Below, piece by piece: positions 48,639 to 57,166 of a stretch of 64,000 nucleotides of DNA. The stretch is from an uncultured Methanosarcinales archaeon (GTDB taxonomy: Archaea > Nanobdellota > Nanobdellia > Woesearchaeales > CAXGTL01), in NCBI GenBank assembly GCA_964645705.1, contig CAZYAB010000007.1:466-64465 (forward strand), written 5' to 3'. Numbering within the stretch: the stretch's first letter is position 1; every line of letters starts with the position of its first letter. The translations under genes were made by a program, and so were the position numbers. Below the pieces are notes generated by a model that had not been told where the DNA came from, made no database searches, and was given only the letters and a program-made list of their open reading frames with translations.

Positions 48639-49811
48639 ATGAACTACAAAATTGAGTCAAACATTTGGAAATACTATTTAGCTACAGCACTGACACATTT
48701 CGGCTTCTTCACACCAATCATACAATTATTCTACTTAGTCAACAACTTAACAATAGTCAAGATTGCATTTCTTGGAGTTATTTGGAATATAATCAGAATG
48801 ATTCTAGAAGTACCTTCAGGCATACTTGCAGACAAGTGGGGAAGAAAAAGAACATTAATAATCTCTTCAACTTTTGCAATACTACAATTGGGAGCACTTC
48901 TTTTTGCAAGTAATTATTGGCATTTTTTTCTGGCAAGTATTTTATCAGCAGTATCATATGCTTTTATATCTGGAACAAATACTGCTTTTTTTTATGATAC
49001 TTTGAAAGAATTAAAAAGAGAAAATGAGTTTGAAAAACTATGGGCTAGACAGGAGATTTATACACAAGTTCCATTACTAATTGCATTTATATCTTCCGGT
49101 TTTTTATTCAAAATATCAAACCTGCTTCCATTTCAACTTTCATTAATCTTTTTAATAGCTTCACTTATTGTTGTATTCACATTTAAAGAACCAAAATATC
49201 ATAAACCAAAAAAAGAGGCAAGTGTATTTTCTCATTTTAATGAATCATTAAAACACATTTTTAAAAATAAATACTTAAGACCTATATTAATTTTTACACT
49301 CTTTTTTTGCATTGCATCAGATATTTCATATGGTTATGGACAAATATATTTAAAACAACTAGCACTGCCTATTGTGTTGTTTGGAATTGTTTACACATTT
49401 AAGTCATTATTATGTACTATTGCAGCCAATATTGCTCCATTATTCAGAAAGAAGTATTCATATAGAAACTTGTTTAGTTTTCAGATAATCGCAATTACTG
49501 TCTTATTTTATATCATGGTTTTAACAAAAAGTTATATTATTGGAGCAGCTTGTTTTGTATTGATTGCAATCCCTCATGGGTTCTTTTCTATCTCAAAAAG
49601 TAGTTATGTCCATAAACATACAAAAAGTCATCATAGGGCTACTATTGATTCAATGTTCTCTTTTCTAGTTGCACTTGTAATCCTTATATTAGAACCAATC
49701 GTTGGATATTTAGCAGATCTCTATTCTATGAAGTTTCCTTTTCTTTTAATAGCAATACTTATGACTTTATATTGTTTTTATTATGTGTTTGGTGAAAGTA
49801 AAAGTATTTAA
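48639..49811 (+). CDS. MFS transporter
   Basis: LEVPSGILADKWGRK, SGTNTAFFYD; paralog of 31944-33155. Confidence 0.92.
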   Translation: MNYKIESNIWKYYLATALTHFGFFTPIIQLFYLVNNLTIVKIAFLGVIWNIIRMILEVPSGILADKWGRKRTLIISSTFAILQLGALLFASNYWHFFLASILSAVSYAFISGTNTAFFYDTLKELKRENEFEKLWARQEIYTQVPLLIAFISSGFLFKISNLLPFQLSLIFLIASLIVVFTFKEPKYHKPKKEASVFSHFNESLKHIFKNKYLRPILIFTLFFCIASDISYGYGQIYLKQLALPIVLFGIVYTFKSLLCTIAANIAPLFRKKYSYRNLFSFQIIAITVLFYIMVLTKSYIIGAACFVLIAIPHGFFSISKSSYVHKHTKSHHRATIDSMFSFLVALVILILEPIVGYLADLYSMKFPFLLIAILMTLYCFYYVFGESKSI

Positions 49812-49849
49812 TAGTAACATTTATATTCTACTTATCCATAAACCATTAT

Positions 49850-50548
49850 ATGAAAAAAGAGATTCAACCTAAATGGCCAAAACTTCTTGTAATAGTTAGA
49901 CATGGTGAGTCAGAACAAAACGTAGCAATTGACTTGTTTGATAGAAATTTAATATCAACACTAGACAAACTTAAGAAAGTAAGAGACATGGACATAAGAC
50001 TAACAAAAAAAGGAATTAGACAAGCAAAATCAACAGGAAAATACTTAGCTAAGAAGTTTAGGTTTGATGTTTGTTATTGTTCACCATATAGAAGAACAAA
50101 GCAAACTGCAAAAGCAATTATTTCTAAATTTAATTACAAACTAAAAACTATTTATGACAACAGGCTAAGAGAAAAAGAATTTGGCAGGTTTAGTAGTTTT
50201 TCAATGAAACAAATTAAACTAGTTTTTCCAGAAGAATGGAAAGATAGGAAAAGAGAAGGCAAGTATTGGTATAGGCTGCCTCGGGGAGAAAACTATCCTG
50301 ATGTTGAGATGAGGGTTCATAGTTTTCTTGATAAATTAACAAGAGATTGCAGAGGACAGAATGTTTTGATTGTAACGCACCAAATAACCTACAAATCATT
50401 CAGAACATTGTTTGAACATTTATCTGAAAAGCAAGTTCTCAAGCTACAGAAAACACCTAATTGTGGTATACAAGTTTATGAAATAGACACAAAAAAGTCT
50501 AAGACAGGCAGAATGAAGCTAGTTCTTTATGATAAGAAAGCTTATTAA
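49850..50548 (+). CDS. Histidine phosphatase (phosphoglycerate mutase-like) family protein
   Basis: IVRHGESEQN, SPYRRTKQTA, LREKEFG, P.GE, VTH. Confidence 0.93.
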   Translation: MKKEIQPKWPKLLVIVRHGESEQNVAIDLFDRNLISTLDKLKKVRDMDIRLTKKGIRQAKSTGKYLAKKFRFDVCYCSPYRRTKQTAKAIISKFNYKLKTIYDNRLREKEFGRFSSFSMKQIKLVFPEEWKDRKREGKYWYRLPRGENYPDVEMRVHSFLDKLTRDCRGQNVLIVTHQITYKSFRTLFEHLSEKQVLKLQKTPNCGIQVYEIDTKKSKTGRMKLVLYDKKAY

Positions 50549-50589
50549 TAAAGTAAAATTTATATATATTCTGTAGTACCCATATTAAT

Positions 50590-50892
50590 ATGACTGAAAT
50601 TACTATTAGTGGAAACAGTTTTGCAGTATACACTCCTAAACAAGACTATCTTACACCAAAAGATCATAGTGACATGGATGAATTAGCAAAACAAACAGGA
50701 CAACAAGTTGCTCTTGATGGTTCTGCATTAGAACATGTTACTTCTAGTGATATTAGGCAATTGAAAAAAAGGAGCAGACCTATTGTTAATCCTAGTCCTA
50801 ATCTTGAACACAAATTAGAGATATATAATGACAAAGGAGCTGCTGTTGATTATTATAATATTTCTGGTCAGAAGTTTGATGATGTTGCTTGA
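50590..50892 (+). CDS. Degenerate STAS-like domain protein
   Basis: VALDGSALEHVTSSDI...IVNPSPNLEHKLEI resembles the STAS consensus vvLD.s.v.fiDSsgl...l.npsp.v...lei. Confidence 0.55.
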   Translation: MTEITISGNSFAVYTPKQDYLTPKDHSDMDELAKQTGQQVALDGSALEHVTSSDIRQLKKRSRPIVNPSPNLEHKLEIYNDKGAAVDYYNISGQKFDDVA

Positions 50893-50948
50893 ATACCATT
50901 CTACAGTACTCAACAAATTTAATATACTCAATACTTATAAACCTATAT

Positions 50949-51752
50949 ATGAAGTTTGATATAAAGAGAAATGTTAATCCAAATATGAAACATTATTCTC
51001 ATGAAGATCTGCAATTAGCAAGAAGGTTTGCTAAGAATATGTATGATGAATTTTCTGCGTTTTTAAAAGCAGTGATTATATTTGGTTCAACAGCTAGGCA
51101 AGAACATCCTGGTGAGGGTGATATTGACATAATGATTGTTGTTGATGATGTAACTACAGTATTAAATCCTGCGATTGTTGAAACATATAGAATAATAACT
51201 GAAAAAATAATTGCAAAAATCTCAACAAGGTTGCACGTGATTACATTAAAGCTTACAGCATTCTGGGATTATGTAAGAAATAGTGATCCTGTTGCAGTTA
51301 ATATGTTAAGAGACGGAGTTGCATTGATTGATACTGGTTTTTTTGAACCATTGCAAGGCCTTCTCCAACGAGGACGTATTAGGCCAACTGCTGAGGCAAT
51401 CTGGACATATTTTTCAAGAGCACCACGAACATTGACAAACTCACATTGGCACATAATGCAAGCAACTGTTGACTTATACTGGGCTGTTATTGATGCTGCT
51501 CATGCTGCTCTTATGAAGCAAGGAGTTGTGCCGCCATCACCTAAACATGTTGGTGATATGATTAATGAAGTTTTAGTTAGAAAAGGTCTTGTTAATAAAA
51601 AATATGTTAACACTATGAACAATTTCTATAGATTAATGAAAAGAATATCTCATCGTGAGATTAAGTCTATTTCTGGACAAGAATATGAAAAATACAGATC
51701 ACAAGCAGTTGATTTTGTTAATGTGATGAGAAAAGTAGTTGAGATGAAGTAG
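50949..51752 (+). CDS. Nucleotidyltransferase-HEPN-like fusion protein
   Basis: IFGSTAR...GDIDI then LYWAV..AAHAALM..G..P.SP.H. Confidence 0.85.
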   Translation: MKFDIKRNVNPNMKHYSHEDLQLARRFAKNMYDEFSAFLKAVIIFGSTARQEHPGEGDIDIMIVVDDVTTVLNPAIVETYRIITEKIIAKISTRLHVITLKLTAFWDYVRNSDPVAVNMLRDGVALIDTGFFEPLQGLLQRGRIRPTAEAIWTYFSRAPRTLTNSHWHIMQATVDLYWAVIDAAHAALMKQGVVPPSPKHVGDMINEVLVRKGLVNKKYVNTMNNFYRLMKRISHREIKSISGQEYEKYRSQAVDFVNVMRKVVEMK

Positions 51753-51800
51753 TTCTGTAATATATAAAATTTTATAAATATATGAATATTCCATAGTAAT

Positions 51801-52799
51801 ATGAGTTTAGAAATAATAACAATAGGAACTTTATCACAATATATGGGTCTGTGTGACGAATCTGTTACTAGTTATTTTAAAGCCAAATATACAAATATTC
51901 CTTTGTTAAAAAGCTTGGTAATTGATCCGTTTGAAAAACTTCTTAAACAAGAAACAGGGTTTAGTAATGAAAATGTTCCAGAGAAAACTGAAACAACAGA
52001 GATTAAGTTAGGAGATATAACTTTTCTTGTAAAGAATGAGAAAAAAAAGAAAAAACCAAGAACATCTGAAGTTTATAATTCATTGGTAGATTATTTAGAG
52101 TTTATTAAAGAAGAATATGATGCATTTGAGAGAGTACATGGTTCAGGAAGTCCTACATATGCAAAAGTGATTAAACAAGGTGATCAAATATATCTATCAT
52201 TAGATTATATTCTTAATAAAATACAAGAATCACAGCAAGAAGTCAGTGTTGATGAAGTTAAACAAACCATATCTAATGATTATCCAAAATCTGGCGCATT
52301 CTTTCCAATAGTTGTTTCATTACATAGTGAATTATCTCTTAGTGAAAGCGATGCATTGCTTTATGTCAAAGCATGTCTTCTTGAAAAAAGATTAAAAGAT
52401 AATTGTGTTAAACCATTTGAAAGTACTTTGAAAAAGCAAACAAGTTATAATAAAAATAATGTTCCTGAGGAAACAAAAACCAAATGGATACAAATAGGAC
52501 AAGATTTGTTCAAAGTACAATCAATACCAGAAAGAACTGTTAAATATTCAAACATATTTACATCATTAGTTAAGAAAATGCCAAAAAAGATCACAATCAG
52601 AACAAAATCTGCAGATTTAACATGGATTCAGAATGATAAAGATCTTCCATCAGAAGTTGCATTGTTATATGATGTTATGGTGCAAGATGATCATAAATAT
52701 ATTAGTATTGATGGGTTCTTAAAAAGACTAGAACAATTAAAACAAGAAAATACAAAAACAACACTTAATCAAAAGATTTCTTATTTTCCTGCAAAATGA
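51801..52799 (+). CDS. Hypothetical protein built from two homologous halves
   Basis: PFEKLLKQETGFSNENVPE vs PFESTLKKQTSYNKNNVPE; YLSLD vs YISID. Confidence 0.75.
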   Translation: MSLEIITIGTLSQYMGLCDESVTSYFKAKYTNIPLLKSLVIDPFEKLLKQETGFSNENVPEKTETTEIKLGDITFLVKNEKKKKKPRTSEVYNSLVDYLEFIKEEYDAFERVHGSGSPTYAKVIKQGDQIYLSLDYILNKIQESQQEVSVDEVKQTISNDYPKSGAFFPIVVSLHSELSLSESDALLYVKACLLEKRLKDNCVKPFESTLKKQTSYNKNNVPEETKTKWIQIGQDLFKVQSIPERTVKYSNIFTSLVKKMPKKITIRTKSADLTWIQNDKDLPSEVALLYDVMVQDDHKYISIDGFLKRLEQLKQENTKTTLNQKISYFPAK

Positions 52800-53362
52800 A
52801 TAATAATTTCACCAAACATAAACAAGATTTTTTATCTAAACAAGATAAAAGCAAAAAAGGGGGCATAGACAACAAGATTCAACCACTCGTTGATCTAATT
52901 AATTCTAATGAAAACTATTACACAACTTCATCATGTTCTGGTAGAATAGTCTTGCTGAATCTCGGTGAAAGGAAAAATGAATGTGAATGGTTATTTGTTA
53001 GCCATGATAAGGTTGATGAAAACAGTAACCTACTTGGCAATATAGATCTAAACAAATCAAACAAGACATTCTTCCGTATGGAAGGTGCAATACTTCATGT
53101 GTGCTGCAAAGACCTTGATTCTGCTAAGAAATTATTTGACTTGGGTAAAAGTGCTGGATTCAAAGTTGGCGGTATTATCTCAATCAAACCTAAGATAGTT
53201 GTTGAATTAAGAAGTGTTGATTTTCTTGATACAATAATTTCTAAACATGGTAAGATGTTGGTTGGTGCTGATTATGTTAAAATATTAATAAATATAGCTA
53301 ATTCTAAATTAGAAAGAACTTGGGAAAGAATAAAAAAACTATCCACCGAATTGGTGGAATAA
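52796..53362 (+). CDS. taw3: tRNA wybutosine-synthesising protein 3 (Taw3/TYW3)
   Basis: DKS.KG.ID, YTTSSCSGRI, W.FVSH, ILHV.C. Confidence 0.92.
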   Translation: MNNNFTKHKQDFLSKQDKSKKGGIDNKIQPLVDLINSNENYYTTSSCSGRIVLLNLGERKNECEWLFVSHDKVDENSNLLGNIDLNKSNKTFFRMEGAILHVCCKDLDSAKKLFDLGKSAGFKVGGIISIKPKIVVELRSVDFLDTIISKHGKMLVGADYVKILINIANSKLERTWERIKKLSTELVE

Positions 53363-53536
53363 TTAATCTGTCATTGCGATCAGTATTAATAAGAAACCTA
53401 CTCCTGCAACAAATAATCCTAATGCTCCTTTAACTAAGACTAGTAATGCAGGCCACCAAACTGTGTAAGAAGCTAATCCTAATACTATTAATACTAAACC
53501 AATTAAAACCTTGATAAGTTTTGCTAGTGCACTCAT
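53363..53536 (-). CDS. Small two-TM membrane protein (57 aa)
   Basis: GGAGGG RBS; MSALAKLIKVLIGLVLIVLGLASYTVWWPALLVLVKGALGLFVAGVGFLLILIAMTD; below the ORF-track cutoff. Confidence 0.75.
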   Translation of the reverse strand: MSALAKLIKVLIGLVLIVLGLASYTVWWPALLVLVKGALGLFVAGVGFLLILIAMTD

Positions 53537-53700
53537 TTTAAATATCCCTCCATTTAATTTTATTGACTAATATATTTCTATTTGAAAATAGTGTTCTTTA
53601 TAAATATTTATTGAGTATAAAATATAAGTTGTAGTATAAACTATAAAACACAATATTTAACCAAAAGCTTTAAAAAGAGGAGAAAATTGCCCTATTATGT

Positions 53701-53739
53701 AAATAGTGCCGAGGGTTTTTTTAACTTTTGGTATTATTT
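53701..53739 (+). promoter_or_regulatory. G-U-rich 17-bp hairpin in the cold-shock gene 5' leader
   Basis: AAATAGTGCCGAGGGTT/AACTTTTGGTATTATTT with five G-U pairs, just upstream of the GGAGG RBS. Confidence 0.55.
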
Positions 53740-53759
53740 GATTATTGGAGGTTAAAAAC

Positions 53760-54092
53760 ATGGAAGGAACAGTAAAATGGTACAACAGAAAAAAAGGCTT
53801 TGGTTTTATCATAGGCGAAGATGATGTTGAGTACTTTGTGCACTATTCTGGATTAGCACAAGGAACATTTATCAGAGACAATGATAGGGTTGCTTTTGAT
53901 GCTGTTGAAACTGAAAAAGGTAAACAAGCACAAAATGTTACTTTGCTTCAAAAAGCAAGTGAAATGGAAGGAGCGCCACAAGAGTCATTTGGTGACGAAG
54001 AACCACAAGCACCTGCTGAAGAACAACAAGAAGCACCAGCAGAAGAACAACCTGCTGAAGAAGCACAACCTGAAGAAGTAAAACAAGAGTAA
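53760..54092 (+). CDS. csp: Cold-shock domain protein with acidic tail
   Basis: GTVKWYN..KGFGFI, YFVHYS RNP motifs. Confidence 0.95.
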   Translation: MEGTVKWYNRKKGFGFIIGEDDVEYFVHYSGLAQGTFIRDNDRVAFDAVETEKGKQAQNVTLLQKASEMEGAPQESFGDEEPQAPAEEQQEAPAEEQPAEEAQPEEVKQE

Positions 54093-54166
54093 AAGTAAGA
54101 GTAAGAATTTAAATTTCTTATTATCTTAGGATTTTTATTTTTTTGTTTTTTTTTGATTTTGTTAGT

Positions 54167-54670
54167 TTAAACACTCTTCTGCTTTCTAAACTTGCCTTTA
54201 TAATTAACTTTACCAACAGTTCTACAGAATATGATCTGACAAATCCTTTCACCAGCATACAACTTAACAGGCATTTCACCTAGATTCCTTATCTCAAGAA
54301 CTTGTACATTGTTGACATTAGGCTGAACAAAATTAGCAGTCACGTGAACTGCTAAACCCAATCTAGCAAACCTGCTTCTACCTGATAAGAATGCACATAT
54401 GTCTTTAGGTAGCTTGATTCTTTCTTTTGTCACGCCAAGAATAAACTCATTAGGATTAAGAACAACTGATTTAGATGTAAACAGTTTTGTATACTTCTTA
54501 TAATTAGTTCTTTCTTTTATATCAATGATCTTGTCACATTTAAACTCTCTAAATTTATTATCTAGGGTTAAGTCATATGATGCTCCTGAAAGATTTTTCT
54601 TAGAAAAAGGAGTGATCTTTATTCTCCCTAGATTAATTTCCTTAAGAACCTCTTTTTTTGTAAGTATCAT
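54167..54670 (-). CDS. dcd: dCTP deaminase
   Basis: ASYDLTL, GRSRFARLGL.VH.TA, LEI.N.G, ICQI.F. Confidence 0.92.
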   Translation of the reverse strand: MILTKKEVLKEINLGRIKITPFSKKNLSGASYDLTLDNKFREFKCDKIIDIKERTNYKKYTKLFTSKSVVLNPNEFILGVTKERIKLPKDICAFLSGRSRFARLGLAVHVTANFVQPNVNNVQVLEIRNLGEMPVKLYAGERICQIIFCRTVGKVNYKGKFRKQKSV

Positions 54671-54729
54671 TTTTGCCTCTTTCTTTATCGTATTAGAAGC
54701 TTTGTAATATATAAATATATTGTTTTATA

Positions 54730-54830
54730 GTGTGCGTGGTTCGTTCGCACTTTCCAAGCAAAATAATGACACATGGAAAGCCCTGATAGTAAATATCTAT
54801 GCTTACTGGCTTTACAAGCACCACGCACAC
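54730..54830. ncRNA. Unrecognised structured RNA motif, copy 2
   Basis: Same architecture as 41204-41316 with compensatory changes. Confidence 0.7.
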
Positions 54831-55010
54831 ATATTCATATACTGCAACCGTTAGATTTATAAATGCCTGATTTTTTCTAAGTACTACGTATATCAAGGGA
54901 TATGCAGGTTTTAGTTTTAAGGGCTATTTAACTAAAGCTCGCATAAACTGGAGATAATATATTTTTTCTTTTTATATTGTCTCTTTGTAATATTATAAAG
55001 GTGAAAACAA

Positions 55011-55466
55011 ATGGCAAGAATGCATTCAGGAAAAAAAGGAAAATCAGGTTCAAAAAAACCCAGCAAGAAAAAGGTTCATGCATGGATTAGGTACAAACCA
55101 AAAGAAATAGAATTATTAATATCAAAATTGGCAAGAGAAGGACACAGTGCATCACAAATAGGAATAGTGCTAAGAGACACATATGGTGTTCCTGATGTAA
55201 AGAATATTGTTGGTAAAAAAATTTCTAAGATCTTGAGTGAAAAAAAATTATTACCTAAATTACCAGAAGATTTAATGGCACTAATAAAAAAATTGATTGC
55301 AATAAACTCGCACTTAGACATTAATCATAAAGACAGAACAGCTAAAAGAGGGTTGCAATTAACAGAATCAAAGATCAAAAGATTAGTCAAATATTATAAA
55401 AAGACTAAAAAATTACCAGAAGACTGGAAATATGATCCAAAGAGATTGAAGTTTTATCTGGAATAA
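55011..55466 (+). CDS. rps15: 30S ribosomal protein S15 (uS15, archaeal S15P/S13e type)
   Basis: MARMHSGKKGKSGS, SQIGIVLRD.YG, LPEDL, ESKI.RL.KYYK. Confidence 0.97.
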   Translation: MARMHSGKKGKSGSKKPSKKKVHAWIRYKPKEIELLISKLAREGHSASQIGIVLRDTYGVPDVKNIVGKKISKILSEKKLLPKLPEDLMALIKKLIAINSHLDINHKDRTAKRGLQLTESKIKRLVKYYKKTKKLPEDWKYDPKRLKFYLE

Positions 55467-55562
55467 GTTTTCCTTGTTTTTTTATTGTTTTTATTTTATT
55501 TTTGTTATTTCTTATTCTTTATTACTTTTCTATTTCTTTACTTTGTTATTTTTATTCTAATC

Positions 55563-56489
55563 TTATTCATATTTTATCTTTAATAGTTTTGCCAAAGGCA
55601 AACACACTGTAGAGTGTTTTAAAATATGGATTATATTGAATAAAAGGTCTTGGTCTTTTTGTTTATATATTTCAACTTGTAGGTCATTAACAGATTTTGA
55701 CAATTTGTTTATGCCTTCATATTTAGGATCAAACAATTGTTCATAATAATCTCTTAAAACCTTGTTAACTTTTGTAAGCAGTTTTATTGATATATTCCTT
55801 TTTCCTTTTAATTCAGCAATCTTTGCATAACTACTGCCAATTAATTTAAGATTATTTATCAAAAGGATGTATCTTTCTCTTTCTTTTATTGGTATGTTTG
55901 CTGTTCTTAAAAGTTTAGTAGCATATCTAAGAAACTTTCCAGCATTATAATATTTTATTGTGAATTCTGATGCATATTCTGTGTTGTCAAAATTCTTGGC
56001 ACTACTGTTCTTAACACATTCTGCATTTTCTAGTAAAAGAAGAAAGCCTCTTCTGAATGTATTTTTAAATGAAGATGAATCAACGTCTGCGATTTCCTCT
56101 ATTACACACATTCCTGGTTTGTCTTCTGTGATCTCTGTACCAATCAAACATTTAACAAGATTTTCTATTGCAATGAATGTGTTTATTTCTTTTTTTCTTG
56201 TATGAATATATTTTGATGAAGTTGGTTTGTACTTTATTCTCATTTTTTTAAAACCACTCATAAATAAGTTTAGAATAACATAATGAACCAATGTTGTTGT
56301 CTCGAGTTTTGTCACGTCTATTGATACTTCTTCTTTGATGTTTTTGCCTTTTCCAGTTATAAATAATCCTTCTTGTTTTTCAAAGATGTCTAGTTCATCT
56401 CCTTTTTTAATATGATTTTGTTTAGCCCATTTACTAGGTAATGAGATCATTAAAGTAGATGGACCTATCTTGCTAATTTTTCTTTTCAT
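55563..56489 (-). CDS. AbrB-PhoU-type regulator (archaeal phosphate uptake regulator family)
   Basis: RKISKIGPSTLMISLPSKWAK...KKGDEL N-terminal AbrB domain, then helical domain. Confidence 0.8.
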   Translation of the reverse strand: MKRKISKIGPSTLMISLPSKWAKQNHIKKGDELDIFEKQEGLFITGKGKNIKEEVSIDVTKLETTTLVHYVILNLFMSGFKKMRIKYKPTSSKYIHTRKKEINTFIAIENLVKCLIGTEITEDKPGMCVIEEIADVDSSSFKNTFRRGFLLLLENAECVKNSSAKNFDNTEYASEFTIKYYNAGKFLRYATKLLRTANIPIKERERYILLINNLKLIGSSYAKIAELKGKRNISIKLLTKVNKVLRDYYEQLFDPKYEGINKLSKSVNDLQVEIYKQKDQDLLFNIIHILKHSTVCLPLAKLLKIKYE

Positions 56490-56657
56490 TTTAATACCCC
56501 CAATATAGTATAGTAAGTAAAACAGATATTTAAATGTTTCTAAAAATTATAATATTATAATTCATTATTATAATATTAACATAAAATATATATATTTGCT
56601 TTACTAGAAAATATATAATATTCGGAAAAAATAAATGTTTTCCAATATTGGGGGTGC

Positions 56658-57116
56658 TTGTATATGAATAAAAAAGATTTAAAAATATTATCAGAACTAA
56701 GACAAAATGCTAGGATGTCTTTGACAAAGATGAGTAAAAAGACTCAGATACCTGTTTCTACAATATTCGACAGGTTAAAACTAAATGAAAAGAACATAAT
56801 AATCAAACACACAAGTTTGCTAGACTTTAATAAGCTTGGATACAACACAAGAGCAAACATTACTATAAAAGTAAACAAAGAAGACAAAGAAACACTAAAA
56901 CAGCATTTAATAAGACACCATCAGATAAATTCTGTTTACAAGATCAACAATGGCTTTGACTTCATGGTAGAAGGAATATTCAAACACATAATTGAAATGG
57001 AAGACTTTTTAGAACAATTAGAACAAAAATTCAACATAATTGACAAAAAGTCATTCTTTATAATAGAGGATCTGAAAAGAGAAGCTTTTATGAGTAATGT
57101 TAATCTGGTTTTTTAA
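56658..57116 (+). CDS. Lrp/AsnC family transcriptional regulator
   Basis: KKDLKILSELRQNARMSLT.MSKKT.IPVSTIFD.L; INNGFDF. Confidence 0.9.
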   Translation: MYMNKKDLKILSELRQNARMSLTKMSKKTQIPVSTIFDRLKLNEKNIIIKHTSLLDFNKLGYNTRANITIKVNKEDKETLKQHLIRHHQINSVYKINNGFDFMVEGIFKHIIEMEDFLEQLEQKFNIIDKKSFFIIEDLKREAFMSNVNLVF

Positions 57117-57166
57117 AACACAAAACTTTTTAAACAAATCATCTTACCTAGGTTTTGGTGGGTTTA

